The position numbers were made by a program, and so were the translations under genes. From the NCBI GenBank assembly GCA_030390025.1, contig CM059432.1, forward strand, positions 68,698,001-68,762,000: a stretch of 64,000 bases of DNA, given 5' to 3'. The DNA comes from Squalus acanthias. Lineage: Eukaryota. Shown piece by piece: positions 37,121 through 51,623 of the stretch. The notes beneath the pieces are model-generated. The model made no database searches, had not been told where the DNA came from, and worked only from the letters and a program-made list of their open reading frames with translations. Every line of letters begins with the position of its first letter. The first letter of the stretch is position 1.

Positions 37121-37401
37121 CAAACTCTAATACCCTTCTGTGTGAAAAATAAATTTGTCTAATTCCCTTTTACTTTTCCAGAGCTAATCCTAAATTTATG
37201 CCCTTTTTAAAAAAAAAACTTATTTACCAACCAGCGGAAAGCAATCCTTCATTACTTACCTGCTCAAAGCCTTTCACAATGAGAACTTTTATTAAATTCC
37301 CCTTAACTGATGATCCAATGAAAAAACTCAATATTTTCATAACTAAAACCTTTAATTTCTGATATTCTAGTGAATCTTTGCTGTGGAATATACTCATCAA
37401 A

Positions 37402-39774
37402 AATAAGAACATAAGAATTACGAGCAGGAGTAGACCATACGGCCCCTCTGCCATTCAATAAGATCAGGGCTGATGTTTGACCTCAACCCCACTTTCCCAC
37501 CTGATCCTCATATCTGTTGATTCCATACAGTCCAAAAATCTATCTATTTCAGCCTTGAATATACTCAATGATTCAGCATCCACAGCCCTTCCAGGTAGAG
37601 AATTCCAAAGATTCACAACCCTCTGAGTAAAGAAATTCCTCCTCATCTCAGTCTTAAAAGGCTGACCCCTTATCCTGAGACTGCCCCCTAGTGCTATACT
37701 CATCAGCCAGGAGAAACAACCTCTCAACCTCTACTCTGTCAATCCCTCTCAGAATCTTATTTGTTTCAATGAGATCACCTCTCATTCTTCTAAACTCCAG
37801 AGAATATCGGCCCAATCTACTCAATCTCTCCTCATAGGACAACCCTCTCATTCCAGGAATCAATAGTGAACCTTTGTTGCACTACCTCCAATGCAAGTAT
37901 ATCCTTCCTCAAATAAGGAGACCAAAACTGTGCACAGTACCCCAGGTGTGGTCTCTCCAAAGCCCTGTACAATTATAGCAAGACTTCCACGCTCTTGTAC
38001 TCCAACCTCCTTGCAATGAAGGCCAACATGCCCTTTGTCTTCCTAATTGCTTGCTGTACCTGCATGCTAACTCTGTTTTCTGTATGAGGACACTTAAATC
38101 TCTCTGAACACCAACATTTAATAGTTTCTCACCATTTAAAAAATATTCTGTTTTTCTATTCCTACCAAAGTGAATAAACTCATATTTCCCCACATTATAC
38201 TCCATCTGCCACCTTATTGACCACTCACTTAACCTGTCTATATCCCTTTGCAGACTCTTTTGTGTCCTCCTAACAGCTTACTTTCCCACCTAGCTTTGTA
38301 TCGTCAGCAAAATTGGAAACATTGCACTCGGTCCTTCATCCAAGTCATTAATATAGATTGTAAATACCTGAGGCCCAAGCACTGATCCTTGCGGCACCCC
38401 ACTAGTTACAGCCTGCCAACTGGAAAATGACCCGTTTCTCTCTGTTTTCTGTCCGTTAACCAATCCTCTATCCATGCTAATATATTACCCCCAACCCAAT
38501 GAGACCTTATCTTATGTAGCAACCATTTATATGGCACCTTATCGAATGCCTTTTTGGAAATCAAATATACTACATCCACTGGTTCCCCTTTTATCTACCC
38601 TGCTAGTTACATCCTCAAAAAAACACTAATAAATTTGTTAAACACTATATCCCTTTCATAAAACCATGTTGATGCTGCCTAATATTATGATTTTCTAAAT
38701 GCCCTGTTACCATTTCCTTAATAATGGATTCCAACGTTTTCCTGGCAACTGATGCCAGGCTAAATGGCCGGTAGTTCCCTGTTTTTGTTCTCTTCCCCCT
38801 TTCTTGAATAGTGGGGTTACATTTGCTACCTTCCAATCCACTGGGACCGTTGTAGAATCTAGGGAACTTTGGAAGATCACAACCTATGCATCCACTATCT
38901 CTGCAGCCCTAACAGCATTGTGGGAGTACCTTTACCACATGGACTGCAGCGGTTCAAGAAGGCGGTGCACCACCACCTTCTCGAGGGCAATTAGGGATGG
39001 GCAATAAATGCTGGCCTTGCCAGCAACGCCCACATCCCATAAAAACAAATTTTTAAAAAAGCCACCAGAACCCTAGGATGTAGGTCAATAAGTCCAGGGG
39101 ATTTGTCGGCTTTTAGTTCCATTAGTTTCTCAAGTACTTTTTCTCTACTGATACTATTTACTTTAAGTTACTCATTCCATTAGCCTCTTGGTTCCCCACT
39201 ATTTTTGGTATGCTTTTTGTGTCTTCACTGTGAAGACAGATACAAAATATTTGTTTAAAGTCTCTACCATTTCCTTATTCTCCATTATAATTTCACCTGT
39301 CTCAGCCTCTAAGGGACCAACGCTTACTTTTGCTACTCTCTTCCTCTTCACATACTTGTATATGCTGTTACAATCTGTTTTTATATTTCTTGCTAGTTTA
39401 CTCATTCTTTTTTCTCCCTTTTTATCGATTTTTTGGTCCTCCTTTGCTGGTTTCTTAAGCTCTCCCAATCCTCAGGCTTGCTATTATTCTTTGCGACATT
39501 ATAAGCTTCTTCTTTCAATCTAATGCTATCCTTAACTTCTTTAGTTAGCCACGGTTGGATCACTTTTCCTGTGGAGTTTTTGTCTCTCAATGGAATGTAT
39601 TTTTGTTGAGAATTATGAAATATTTCTTTAAATGCTAGCCACTGCTTATCTACCGCCATACCTTTTAATCTATTTTTCCAAACTACCTTAGCCAACTCAC
39701 CCCTCACACCTATGTAATTGGCTTTATTTAAGCCCAAGACTCTAGTTTCGGACTTAGACAAGTCACTAACAAAA
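37402..39774 (-). mobile_element. 5'-truncated CR1 LINE (same subfamily as 24840-27472)
   Basis: ORFs between 37464 and 39779 carry CR1 motifs. Tail cttatgttcttat. Contains a LINE-tail insertion at 38909-39060. Confidence 0.88.
38909..39060 (+). mobile_element. Short LINE 3'-tail insertion inside CR1
   Basis: Homologous to ~32960-33109. The host CR1 reads ctctgcagcc|gccacc across it. Confidence 0.75.
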
Positions 39775-39790
39775 GACAACTACAATGAAA

Positions 39791-40855
39791 CAACATTATA
39801 AGCCTCTTCTTTTAAACAATTCTATCTTTAACTTGTTTAGTTAGCCATGGATGGATCACTTTTTCCATGGAGTTTTTATTTCTCAATGGAATGTATATTC
39901 GTTGAGAATTTTGGAATATTTCTTTAAATGTCTGCCACTGCTTATCGACTGTCATTCCTTTTAATCCAATATCCCAATCTGCCTAGCCAACATGCCCCTC
40001 ATACCTATGTAATTGGCTTTATTTAAGTTTAAGACTCTAGTTTCAGACTTAGAATTTCACATTGGGTTTGAGTGAAATATTTATCATATGATCACTCTTC
40101 CCTAGAGAATCCTTTATTATGACATTACTAATTAACCATGTCTCATTACACAAGATCTAAAATAGCCTGTTCCCTGGTTGGTTCCATGATGTATTGTAGG
40201 AAACTGTCTCAAATGCATTCCCTGAACTCGTCCTCCAGACTACCTTTGGCCAGTCTATATGAAGATTGAAGTCCCCCACGATTATTGCATTACTTTTGTT
40301 ACAAGCTCCTATTATTTGTTGATTCATGCACTGTCCAATGGTATAGCTACTGTTAGGGGGCCTATAAATTACCCTCACCAGTGTTTTCTGCCCCTTATTT
40401 ATCTCCACCCATACTGATTCTACTTCCTGACCTTCCGAGCCAAGATCCTTTCTCACTGCTGTCCTTATGTCACCCTTTATCAAGGCTACCTCCCCATCTT
40501 TTGCATTATGCTTGTCTATTCAAAACGTCAAGTACCCTGGAATATTTTGTTCCCCACCTTGCAAACAAGTCCCTGTAATGGCTATTAGATCAAAGCCATT
40601 TATCTCTTTGTGCCACTAATTCATCTATCTTGTTACGAATGCTTCGTGCATTCAGATAAAGAGCCTTAAATTTTAACTTTTTACCATTATTCCCTGCTTT
40701 CACCTTATTCGCTGATGCACTATTACCATTAAACTCTGTCCCTTCCTGTCACACTCTGCTCATCTTTACCCAAATCGCTACACTGCTCCATTGCCTTGAC
40801 TTTTCTCTTAGATTTCTAAATTTTACCTCACCTGACCCCTCCCCCCCCACCTTTT
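39791..40855 (-). mobile_element. CR1 endonuclease-region fragment
   Basis: ORF 40157-40483 (ESVWVE..YRPPNS..VGDFNLHIDW). Confidence 0.8.
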
Positions 40856-42195
40856 TGCACTTGCATGTGAAAACTCCCACGGAGGAGATGGTGCTGGACA
40901 TTATTGGAACGGCAATTGCTGAGCCCGTGTTCAGTAACGGAGTTGAAACGATAGAAGATGACGGTATCCTCATACCTACTCCTTCTCCTCACATCCCCCT
41001 CATCCCAGTCTCTTCTGATTTACAAGCTGCGGATGGTGTAAGCATTCACCTCTTGTTCTCTTCCCCCTCCCTCACCACAACCCTAGCCCTACCCAAGAGC
41101 TGCAACCTGGCCAGGCAGTGGTGGAAGAGTAAGACAGTGATGATAAAGAAACACTGTCACTCAATTTCACACACAGCACCAGCTCAGATACTGACACTGC
41201 GCATAATTTAGAGGATAGCTTAGAGGCGGGATCTGCACGTGGTGAGACACCGGGCATGACTGACCTGCAATCAGGGAAGGGAAGCAAGGGTAGCGCAGGT
41301 GCCAGCTTGCCGGAGGGCAAGCTCACACACAACTTCTGTTGCAGAGGACTTAGATGAGCACTTCAATGGGGCGGACTACAGGATGAGGCTGATGGGTATG
41401 CACAATGAAATGCTTGGTGCATTGGCAAGCCTTCCAGAAAGCCTGTGTGCAATGTCAAGGAGCATGGAGGAGTTCGGCACCAACTTGGCACAGGGCTTTG
41501 CAGAAAGCTTGGGGCCCATCCTTTCCAACGTGGAAGTGGTGGCCAACACATTTCGCACACTTGTAGACTCAACCATGATGTGTCTGATGGCCCATGTCTC
41601 AGCTTCCATTGCAGCACGAGCAGAAGCCACCCAACTACTGGGTAATGCAGTGGAAGCTCAGACTTCTGTCATGCAAGGTTAGCTTGCTGCCATCATGGCT
41701 GCAGATACCAGTGTTCAAAGGGGCTTCCAGGGTGTCACAGCAGTCCAGCAATCTGTCTTCCAACAGATTACTAGGATTGCTGAGCCGCCACCCCCGGGGA
41801 GTGGCAGTGGCTTCGTGGAGCACGAACCTGCTGTCCTCTCTGAGGATGACAACATTCATCCTCCCACCACTGCCACTCCACCAGTGCCCTTGCAGTTGCC
41901 AGTCAGCCAGCCCACACTGCTGCTGCCTATGCCAAAATGGTGCAGTCTGAAGCTGGGCCTTCTAGGCCCAGAGCTGGTCAAGGTCATCCTCCAAAGCCAT
42001 CTGCAGTCTCCCCTACTGAAAGTCAGCACCCTTTCACCAGCTCTGCTGCAGCCACTGGGGTAGCACTGCGTAGAAGCACTACGACAAAGGCACACGGAAG
42101 ACAGGCACTAATCACCCTTGTGCATTCCATGAAGTTTGTATGCAATATGGCATGGTTTGATTTATAAATTTGGTTTGGAATGTTTATTTTGTGTG
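40856..42195 (+). mobile_element. Probable Harbinger Myb/SANT-like accessory-gene remnant
   Basis: GC-richer decayed coding-like segment (TPTEEMVLDIIG.., then coiled-coil and Pro-rich low-complexity frames). The family assignment is by resemblance only. Confidence 0.4.
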
Positions 42196-42199
42196 AGCT

Positions 42200-44534
42200 T
42201 TGTCATGACCTTACTGTGTAGTACTTTATAGAATTATATTTTTTCCATTTACAGCGTTTATATTTACATAATGTTCTGATCAACACCAATATATGGTGCA
42301 GTATTTTTCCATCACTTAAACTTCAATTTCTCAGTGCAAGCATTATTCCATCACGTCACAGACTACTCTGGAAATCTCAAATCTTGTTAACCTGTACCTA
42401 TCCATTTCACCACCCTTTCATGTAACCAGAATATATCAAGTTCACCTACAATCAGATAATACAGGGAGTTTTCACGGTTTCCTTCCTGGGTTTAGGTGCC
42501 TGCATGGGTTTATGGAGCCTCAAAGATCACACAAAAAGTTTCAGTGTTTCATTAATTTGCATATATCTCAAGTTACTGGTGCTAACAAATCTTGGTTTTC
42601 TGATTGAGGATTTATCTACCAATGTGACAACAGTATTAAGTGCAGTCCTTTATAAAGTTCCAGGCCCATGAAATTCAAACAGGACAAACCAGGAAATAAG
42701 AAAAATAAGCACAAGTAGAACTCAGGTAGCAGCCCACTAATCATAGTTTGGACATTTGCAAATATTCTTAGCAATTTCAGCCTAACAACAGAAATCAAAT
42801 AGCTCAGTAGTAGAAGAGTAGAAAAACATAGCACACAACCCAGGAGTTTATTATGGTCTAGTATCAATAGGTGGTTTTATTTTTAAATCATGTTCTTGGT
42901 TCATTCTCTGAAATGACTATATGCACTAAAAATAGGGCACATTTATTGTAAATCTTGACAAATATTTGTGAATCAGGTGTTATCATCAGCACTGCTTCAC
43001 AGTATGTTGTACAGCAACTGTAGGATTTTCTATCACATCTACGAATTTATTTAACAAAGTCTTCATATCATACATATTAGCTTTAACCTAGGTAGTTAGG
43101 TACATTTCTTGGAATTGTTAATACATTACCAAATAACTTTTTATACTTACTGCACAATCAAAATGTCTTTACTTGTGAAACCAATTAAACATTCCATTAC
43201 ATTTTCATGTGTAGTCAATTGGAATATAGTTTATTTCTGCAATATTTCAACCTTGATGGTAAATCACATTTGTTTTGAAGAGGTGCTTTGCCTGGTATTC
43301 ATGGCAATTAATACAGATTTTTTTTAAACATGCAATTCCTGTACAAAAGCCAATTTTCAAAAATAAATTAAACATTGTACCAATGATGACCACAAACTTA
43401 AATTTTGATGCTTCTATTAAATCTCACCATGTTAGTTTCAGAATCATGAAGCATGTTTGTCACTGAAACCTGTTTACATTCTAGGATTGTGTGTCACACA
43501 AGCCACATATCAGACCTAGATGAATCAATATTATTCTTAAGATTGCATTTAGTTTAAAAATGTAATACTTAAACATTAGGTAAATTTCACATCATACAAA
43601 AAGTAAATAAAAATACACAAGCCATATCCACCATTATAACCTTTGCACAAATCTAACTGGAATATATAATCATATAAAGTTATACCTGCACGGTTTAGTT
43701 CTTTAAACTTGGGGAAATGTATAGCGCGAAGACAACTACAATGAAACTAATAATTATTCAACTCATAATTGTTTCTTAAATTGGTATATTGTATTACACC
43801 AGTAACGTTGCCTTGAACAAGCTGTATTTATTTAAATGATAAAGTAACAATTGTTATGCTGCACTTTGCGCAGTTTTGACAGTATTATACGGTAACTTCA
43901 AAGAAGCATTTGTTCTTCAACAGATCACTTACTTCTCTTGTTTTTCATACTGTGCTGTTTGGATGTTAAAACATCCCTTTGAGAAGAAGTGCATTTTTAA
44001 ACACTAACCAGAGCAGTACACTTACAGGAAATGCAATTATTACTATTTTGAAATAAGTACCTTTGGTTATCAAATATGACCTTTATTTGATTTTCTACAT
44101 TAATATCTGCTGTATTAAAATACCAGTAACAAGTGACATTCTTTTTGGGAGTTTATAGAAACTTGTTTCTTGTATCTTTTTCCATATGGTCATACAGACA
44201 ACCATCACCACACTCAGTCAAGATAGAAGTCAAAGCAAACTGTACTTGGACAGACTAAAGATTAGAATGCTCAAACATTTGAGGATGAACAGCTTAAATG
44301 TTCCCTGTAATTACTGCAGCGTTCAGCATTTATAAACCGTAGCAGACAGCCTCCATCTCATTCTAACATTGAAAGTTCCTTTGTGAAAATTACAGAATGT
44401 AAATTGTGAAAAAATGTGCAAGTGTTAAAATGATGGATGACTGGCATCTTAAAGAGGTAAGTGAAAGGAAGGATTAGGGTCTATCATGATCAGATGCTGG
44501 TGCAGCCTCTTAGAAAAATGCTTCTGATGGTATA
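42200..44534 (-). other. LYPLA1: Putative LYPLA1 3' UTR / termination region
   Basis: AT-rich and free of recognisable TEs after the stop codon. Several minus-strand AATAAA sites (e.g. 44082-44087, 43827-43832, 43230-43235, 43046-43051, 42942-42947, 42876-42881). The true 3' end cannot be determined. Confidence 0.55.
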
Positions 44535-44588
44535 TTAGTTGATTGGAGGTAGCTGCTTTTCGATGAATTGTTTGACGTCCATCATTTC
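44535..44588 (-). CDS. LYPLA1: LYPLA1 terminal coding exon, EMMDVKQFIEKQLPPIN*
   Basis: ttttaaaactag acceptor, then 17 codons plus TAA (44535-44537). Matches the LYPLA1 C-terminus EMMDVKQFIDKLLPPID. Confidence 0.93.
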   Translation of the reverse strand, partial: EMMDVKQFIEKQLPPIN

Positions 44589-46163
44589 CTAGTTTTAAAA
44601 CAAAATGTTATTAAAATTGCTGTATTGTAAATAGTTGAAAGCTGGTTTTAACACATGGGACATCTGCAATCAGCATAGTGGTGTTTGCCTTCCATCTGAA
44701 GCAGGGGTAGTACCAGACAGTCTGTGGCCTATTCTTGGCGATCCATTCAACACAAACTACCCATTAGCCATGAGGGGCACCAACCCCAAACAACACAATC
44801 ACCAGCATGCAGGGCTCCGCCCCACCATCTCCAAGCCTAAATATCCCCAGAACCCAGGGCTGAACAAGCTGCCTTGGCTCCCTGACCTGCATCATCCCTA
44901 GTTCAAGCAACCTTTTGTGAAGAAACATTCCTCTTGCAGCAACCCTGCCGTCAGGATGTGTATTGACTCTAAACTATGTATGGGAATGTCCACGACTATA
45001 TAATGCACATGATTAAACACAAATATACAAGTACATGTATCCTTAATCACACGATGGCTTCAGAAAATATGTACACTATAATAACTTCATAAAATGTACT
45101 CTTAAAAACCCAATTAAAATAAAGTTGATAACTGCTAGTACAACTCCCCAACTGCCTAATGATGGTGTTTTGATATGTACACAATACAAAGACGCTCCCA
45201 AGGAGCTATATTTCTAGTTCAGATTATTTAGGAGTAAATCTGCTCATTATTTCAGATTTGGAAAATTAAGTTTTCTTCCCCATGATGCTTGACAACCAAT
45301 TTTTAAATTGCTAACTTCTGGGGGGCGTGGGGTTCCTGAGGAATTGAAGGTGGTATAGGGTTGTATACAATTTTATTTAAAAAATGTAAATGGCAAACAA
45401 CTGGTGCACTGCATTTTATAAACTGATGAGGTTTGTTCCAATTTTCTCCTCTCCTGAGGATACAAATCCATGCTATGGTATCATTCCATAAGTGCCAGCG
45501 CTGCCCTCTGGTACCACACCCAAGTGGCTATTCTTCACATGAGCCTAGACAGTGAGTTTCAGTAGGCTATTTTGCTATGGGAAGACATAACAGCTGATCC
45601 TGATCGAGAGATATTCAAACATACACATTTTCTAACAATGCTCAAACAATAACTAATCAGTAGCAGGATCCTGGTGTTTTTTCCTTCCAAAATCCAAGAG
45701 TGATGAGACCAACTAGAGCCTCTACCACCACCCTGGCCAAGAACAGTAAACTTGGCACAGACCAAGGATCAAATCTGGAACCTTTCTAGTCTGTAACTCT
45801 GTACCAAATGACACATTTAAGCAATGAGCCATTGGAGCAGCTTACTGTGCAATTTCTTAGTGATATTAGGGTTGAAGGAAGGGGTGGGAGCAATAAAAGA
45901 AAAATCATAAAAATATTACACATTTCAAAAAAAGCCTCAATTTCTTCTACTTGAAACTATGTATTTAAGAGAAAGAAACTACAATACCGCCCTTTTAAGC
46001 TATCAGATGGCTTTTTAGTGCATTGGATTATTATTTCTATAAATTTATAGATATTAAAACATTGCAGTAAAGTGATTATAATAACTGTCAAATTTAACAC
46101 AACCCATCAAAACAGTAACTTTTTGATGACTTTTCAGGAATATATTCAGCTTCTAATGCTTCA

Positions 46164-46505
<342 letters not shown>

Positions 46506-47465
46506 CTAAATTATGCACTCTTTTTACTCAATACAAGTCTGTTTTCAGCGACTATACAAATTAAAATATCCAACAGTCTTATTTACACTTTTTACATGTA
46601 GAAGACAAAGCTCAAAGGCTGTAACCTTGTCACACAAGTTGCAATTGTACAAGGAAAAAAATCCATTAGTAATAGTATTTTTCTTCTGCTGAATGATTTT
46701 GTTTGCTACGGTGCAAGACTGTTTTGTTGGTACTCACAATTCAAGTACGTAAAAAAATTAGCCCACTGGGTTGCTGAGACAATCACAGCTGGATAAGCTT
46801 TGGCACAAGTTTAGCCAAATTAGTGAGGGAAAACTGCTAACAATGAATCTTGTTTAATAAAACATTCTCGCTAAGCTTTTTCCTGCCAGGTGATGATTTT
46901 TTTTTTATAAAAGGGCACAATCATGCTTTATAGCTAAGAATATGAATATTCTTGAGTTTGCAGGTGCAAAAGAAATGAATAATCATTGTTACTAGTGACT
47001 TCAATTTCTTTCAACTTTAAATATATTCACAATATCATTAGGAATGGGTACACAGCTGATGGTTTATAAACCATGTAATGAACTAAGCTTGTGAGTGTAA
47101 TGAATAATTGAGTAGTGTGGACACTGCTACAGTTAAAACACATGCAAATTTTTAAATCAGAAACTGGGGAACAAAAGATAAAAGAAAACTATCCTTCAGT
47201 GCAGAGTAGTCCAAATGAATGTAGAGTATGGTTCAAATTTAAACCCATCTAAAGCCGCATTAACATTAAAGCACATTTTTTGGTTTATGATAGTTAATAA
47301 GCTGGGAAGCAATTAGAAGCCACATTTATAAGGGTCAGAAATAGATTATGCAATGATAATTTTAATAGGTCAAACATATAATTTTCTGATTAATCCAAAA
47401 ATGTTTAATGCCATTAATTTTCAGGACAAAAAAAAACATTTGCTACAAAAAAATACTATTGGCTT

Positions 47466-47804
47466 TCAGCTGTGGCTCAGTTCATAGCACGCTCTTCTGA
47501 GTCAGAAGGTTGTGGGTTCAAATCCCACTCCAGAGACTTGAACACACAAATCTAAGCTGATACTCCAATGCAGTACCAAGGGAGTACTGCACTGTCAGAG
47601 GTGCCATCTGCTCACTCAGGTGGATGTAAAAGATCCCATGGCACTATTTCGAAGAAAAGCAGGGGTTATCCCCAGTGTCCTGGCCAATATTTATCCCTCA
47701 ATCAACACCACTAAAACAGATTATCTGGTCATTAACACATTGCTGTTTGTGGGAGCTTGGAGCATGCAAATTGGCTGCCGCGCTTTGTGATGCCCCGAGG
47801 TCGT
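47466..47804 (+). mobile_element. DeuSINE-type SINE (tail displaced to ~49906-49945 by a CR1 insertion)
   Basis: A box TGGCTCAGTTCATAG, B box GGTTCAAATCC, and core CTCAGGTGGATGTAAAAGATCCCATGGCACTATTTCGAAGA. Confidence 0.8.
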
Positions 47805-49905
47805 AAGACAGTTGAAATGCAGTGGCGGACATTTAAGGAGATATTTCATAACTCTCAACAAAAATATATTACAGTGAGAAAGATTTTAAGAGAAGGGAGC
47901 ACCATCCGTGGCTAACTAAGGAAGTAAAGGATGATATCAAATTGAAAACAAAGGCATACAATGTTGCCAAGATTGGTGGGAGACCAGAGGATTGGGAATT
48001 TTTTAAAAACCAGCAAAGGATGACTAAAAAAAATAATAAAGAGAGAGATGAATTATGAGAGTAAACTGGCAAGAAACATTAAAACAGATAGTAAGAGCTT
48101 CTACAGGTATATAAAAAGGAAGAGGGTAGCTAAAGTAAACGTTGGTCCCTTAGAGGATGAGACTGGGGAATTAATCATGGGGAACGGGGAAATGGCAGAG
48201 TCTCTGAACAAATATTTTGTATCTGTCTTCACGGTAGAAGACACTAAACATCCCAATAATGGATAATCAAGGGGCCACAGGGAGGGAGGAACTAAAGACA
48301 ATCACTATCACTAAGGAAATAGTACTTGGTAAAATAATGGGACTAAAAGATGACAAGTCCCCTGGACCAGATGGCCTGCATCCCAGGGTCTGAAAAGAAG
48401 TGGCTGCAGAGATATTGGTTGCAATATACCAAAATTCCCTGGACTCTGGAGAGGTCCCAGCGGATTGGAAAACCGCAAACGTAACACCCCAATTTAAGAA
48501 AGGAGGGAGACAGAAAGCAGGAAACTATAGACCAGTTAGCCTAACATCTGTCGTTGGGAAAATGCTGGAGTCCTTCATTAAGGAAGCAGTAGCAGGGCAT
48601 TTGAAAAATCATAATGCAGTCAAGCAGAGTCAGCATGGTTTTATGAAAGGGAAATCATGTTTAACAAACTTGCTAGAGTTCTTTGAGGAGGTAACGAGCA
48701 GGGTGGACAAGTGGATGTGGTGTATTTAGATTTCCAGGAGGCATTCGATAAGGTGCCACATAAAAGGTTACTGCACAAGATAAGAGCGCACGGAATTGGG
48801 GGTAATATATTAGCATGGATAGAGAATTGGCTAACTAACAGAAAGCAGAGAGTCGGGATAAATAGGTCATTTTCCGGTTGGCAAACGGTAATTAGTGGGG
48901 TGCCACAGGGATCGGTGCTGGGGCCTCAACTATTTACAATCTACATTAATGACTTGGATGAAGGGACCGAGTGTAATGTAGCCAAGTTTGCGGATGATAC
49001 AAAGAGGGGTGGGAAAGCAAGTTGTGCAGAGGACTCAAAGAACCTGCAAAGGGATATAGACAGGCTAAGTGAGTGGGCAAACATTTGGCAGATGGAGTAT
49101 AATGTGGGAAAGTGCGAGGTTATACACTTTGGCAGGAAAAATAAAAAAGCAAATTATTTAAATGGAGAGAGATTACAAAATGCTACAGTTTAGAGGGACC
49201 TGGGGATCCTTGTGCATGAAACACAAAAAGTTAGCATGCAGGTACAGCAAGTAATCAAAAAGGCAAATGGAATGTTGGCCTTTATTTCAAAGGGGTTGGA
49301 GTATAAAAGCAGAGAAGTCCTGCTACAACTGTATAGGGTATTAATGAGACCACACCTTGAGTACTGCGTACAGTTTTGGTCTCCTTATTTAAGGAAGGAT
49401 ATACTTGCATTGGAGGCAGTTCAGAGATGATTCACTAGGTTAATTCCAGAGATGAGGGGGTTGACTTATGAGGAAAGGTTGAGCAGGCTGGGCCTATACT
49501 CACTGGAATTTAGAAGATTGAGAGGTGATCTTATTGAAACATATAAGATACTGAGGGGGCACGACAAGGTAGATGCAGAGAGGCTGTTTCCCCTCGTGGG
49601 GAAATCTAGAACGCGGGGGCAGTTTTAGAATAAAGGGTCACCCTTTTAGAACTGAGATGAGGAGGAATTTCTTCTCTGAGGGTTGTAAATCTGTGGAATT
49701 CTCTGCCCCAGAGAGTTGTGGAGGCTGGGTCATTAAATACATTTAAGGTGGAGATGGACAAGTTTTTGCAAGATAAGGGAGTGAAGGGTTATGGGGAGCG
49801 GGTGGGGAAGTGGCTTTGAGCCCAAGATCAGCCATGATCGTATTGAATGGCGGAGCAGGCTCGAGGGGCCAAGTGGCCTATTCCTGCTCCTATTTCTTGT
49901 GTTGT
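47805..49905 (+). mobile_element. 5'-truncated CR1 LINE inserted into a SINE
   Basis: RT ORFs at 48048-49430. GTCGT duplication at 47800-47804 / 49906-49910. Confidence 0.9.
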
Positions 49906-51623
49906 GTCGTGAACGGCGCTATATAAATGTATGTCTTTATTTTTTCTTTTATGAGGATATTCCAAATGCAATACATAACTGATTGCTTTCTTGCAGACCG
50001 GATTTAAAACATACCAATAATTGGAAAGCAAAGACTTGAAACTCCAAAATGGAAAAGACAGTACAACTATAAAAAGGACAAATAATAAAACAGAGGATGG
50101 AAAAAAGCAAAAGTACAATAGCCAGTAACCAGCATTTCGAAATAAAGACAAAACACGAAATGGGCTAGGTGGTGCAGTGAACAAACATGCTTCCCTTTTA
50201 CTTCAAGAGCCTGGGTTCAAATCCAGCCATCTCCTTTCTTGCCAGTGTAAACTTTATTGAGAAAGACTGCAAGGATGATTGATGTGGGAAAAGGAAATAT
50301 CATATTGCTACAGCAGAGGGCGCTCCACACTTGGGGTTAGAATGAAGGAAGCAAGTAGTTGATGCTGTATCTCTCCAGAGCACATTTGATGTCAAATATA
50401 TTCCAAGCACTGTAGATGAAAATGTTCTACTCCAAAGCAATGGACACTCCTAATTTTGTTCAGTGCAAAGCACACATGAAAACACACACACAGCCCTAAA
50501 ATGTATAAACATACTCCACTCTGAGGGTCAAGATCTGTCACCATATCACTGCTTTAAACAGTTTCAAATAAATTACATTTTCAAGGAGAAAGTCCAGGAG
50601 TAGTTTCAGCACATAGTGCTTCCTATACCTTTTTGAAAAGAGGACTATATTGTAGAAGTTATTTTCAGGAAAAGATTTTTTCATCTTTTACAAATTGGCT
50701 AGAGACTCCCCAGATAGCTCAGTAGTACAAAATATAACTGCCATCTTAGTAATTAAAACTCAATAGCAAAGTTTAAAAAATATGCAATATAATGTGCAAC
50801 ATCAGCAATACCTGGTGCTTGATGTTAACATAGCAGCATTTCTTTTGAAGAACAGATTTAAGGCATAAAGATCATGGGAAAGATAGAAAACAAGTAAGGT
50901 ACAAAAGATAAATCAGAATAGTAGTGGGGAGGGTAGAACAATCTAAACAGAAAAAGGAAAGATGAGACAGAAAAATCATTTTTAAGAATACAAGAGGCAA
51001 ATAGAATAAAAAAGTTAAATAGGACACAGCTATAAGCACAGTAGAGGGAGCTTTACTATGCATCTGGCAGTGCTATACCTGATCTCAGAGCGCTTAAAAC
51101 AGAGTGTCAAATGAAAACTGATTTTAAATTGTAAAGCAATATTTTAGTAATATTAAAATCTGTGCTGGTCTTGTGAATTTAAGAGCCAACTTAAAATAGG
51201 TAGCTGCAGCAATAACAATTCACTAGAAAAGGTAGGGAAACCAAAAAGATACTTACTGGATAGGTGAATTCTAATAGAGATTATAAAAATTTAGTGACTA
51301 CATGGGGAAATAGAAAATTATTGTGGAACTCAATGTGTATGGCAAACAAAATATTTTAGGCTCAAAAAGACAGCAAGAATGATAAGTTGTCATTAGAAAA
51401 AACATTTATGAATTTTGAAAGTATTAACCAGCACAGCCCAAGTTAAACAGCAGGGCTTTTTCTGAAGCAACGTTCCCCGAAACAAGCTTGCCAATAACTC
51501 AATGTAGTGGGAGTCAATTGTATATTGAAAATAATAATTCCAAACTTTAAAAAGCACTAATTGAATAAATTGCAAGACTGAAGAAGTGGTCAGATTTTCC
51601 AAACAAACAAGCAAATCCTATTA

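Noticed and set aside
45421..45460. Additional hammerhead (CTGATGAG)
   Set aside because: No stem II followed by GAAA and no stem I.
47466..47535. tRNA gene
   Set aside because: A/B boxes are present but run directly into a SINE body, so this is a SINE head. The same applies at ~8930-8995 and ~10500.
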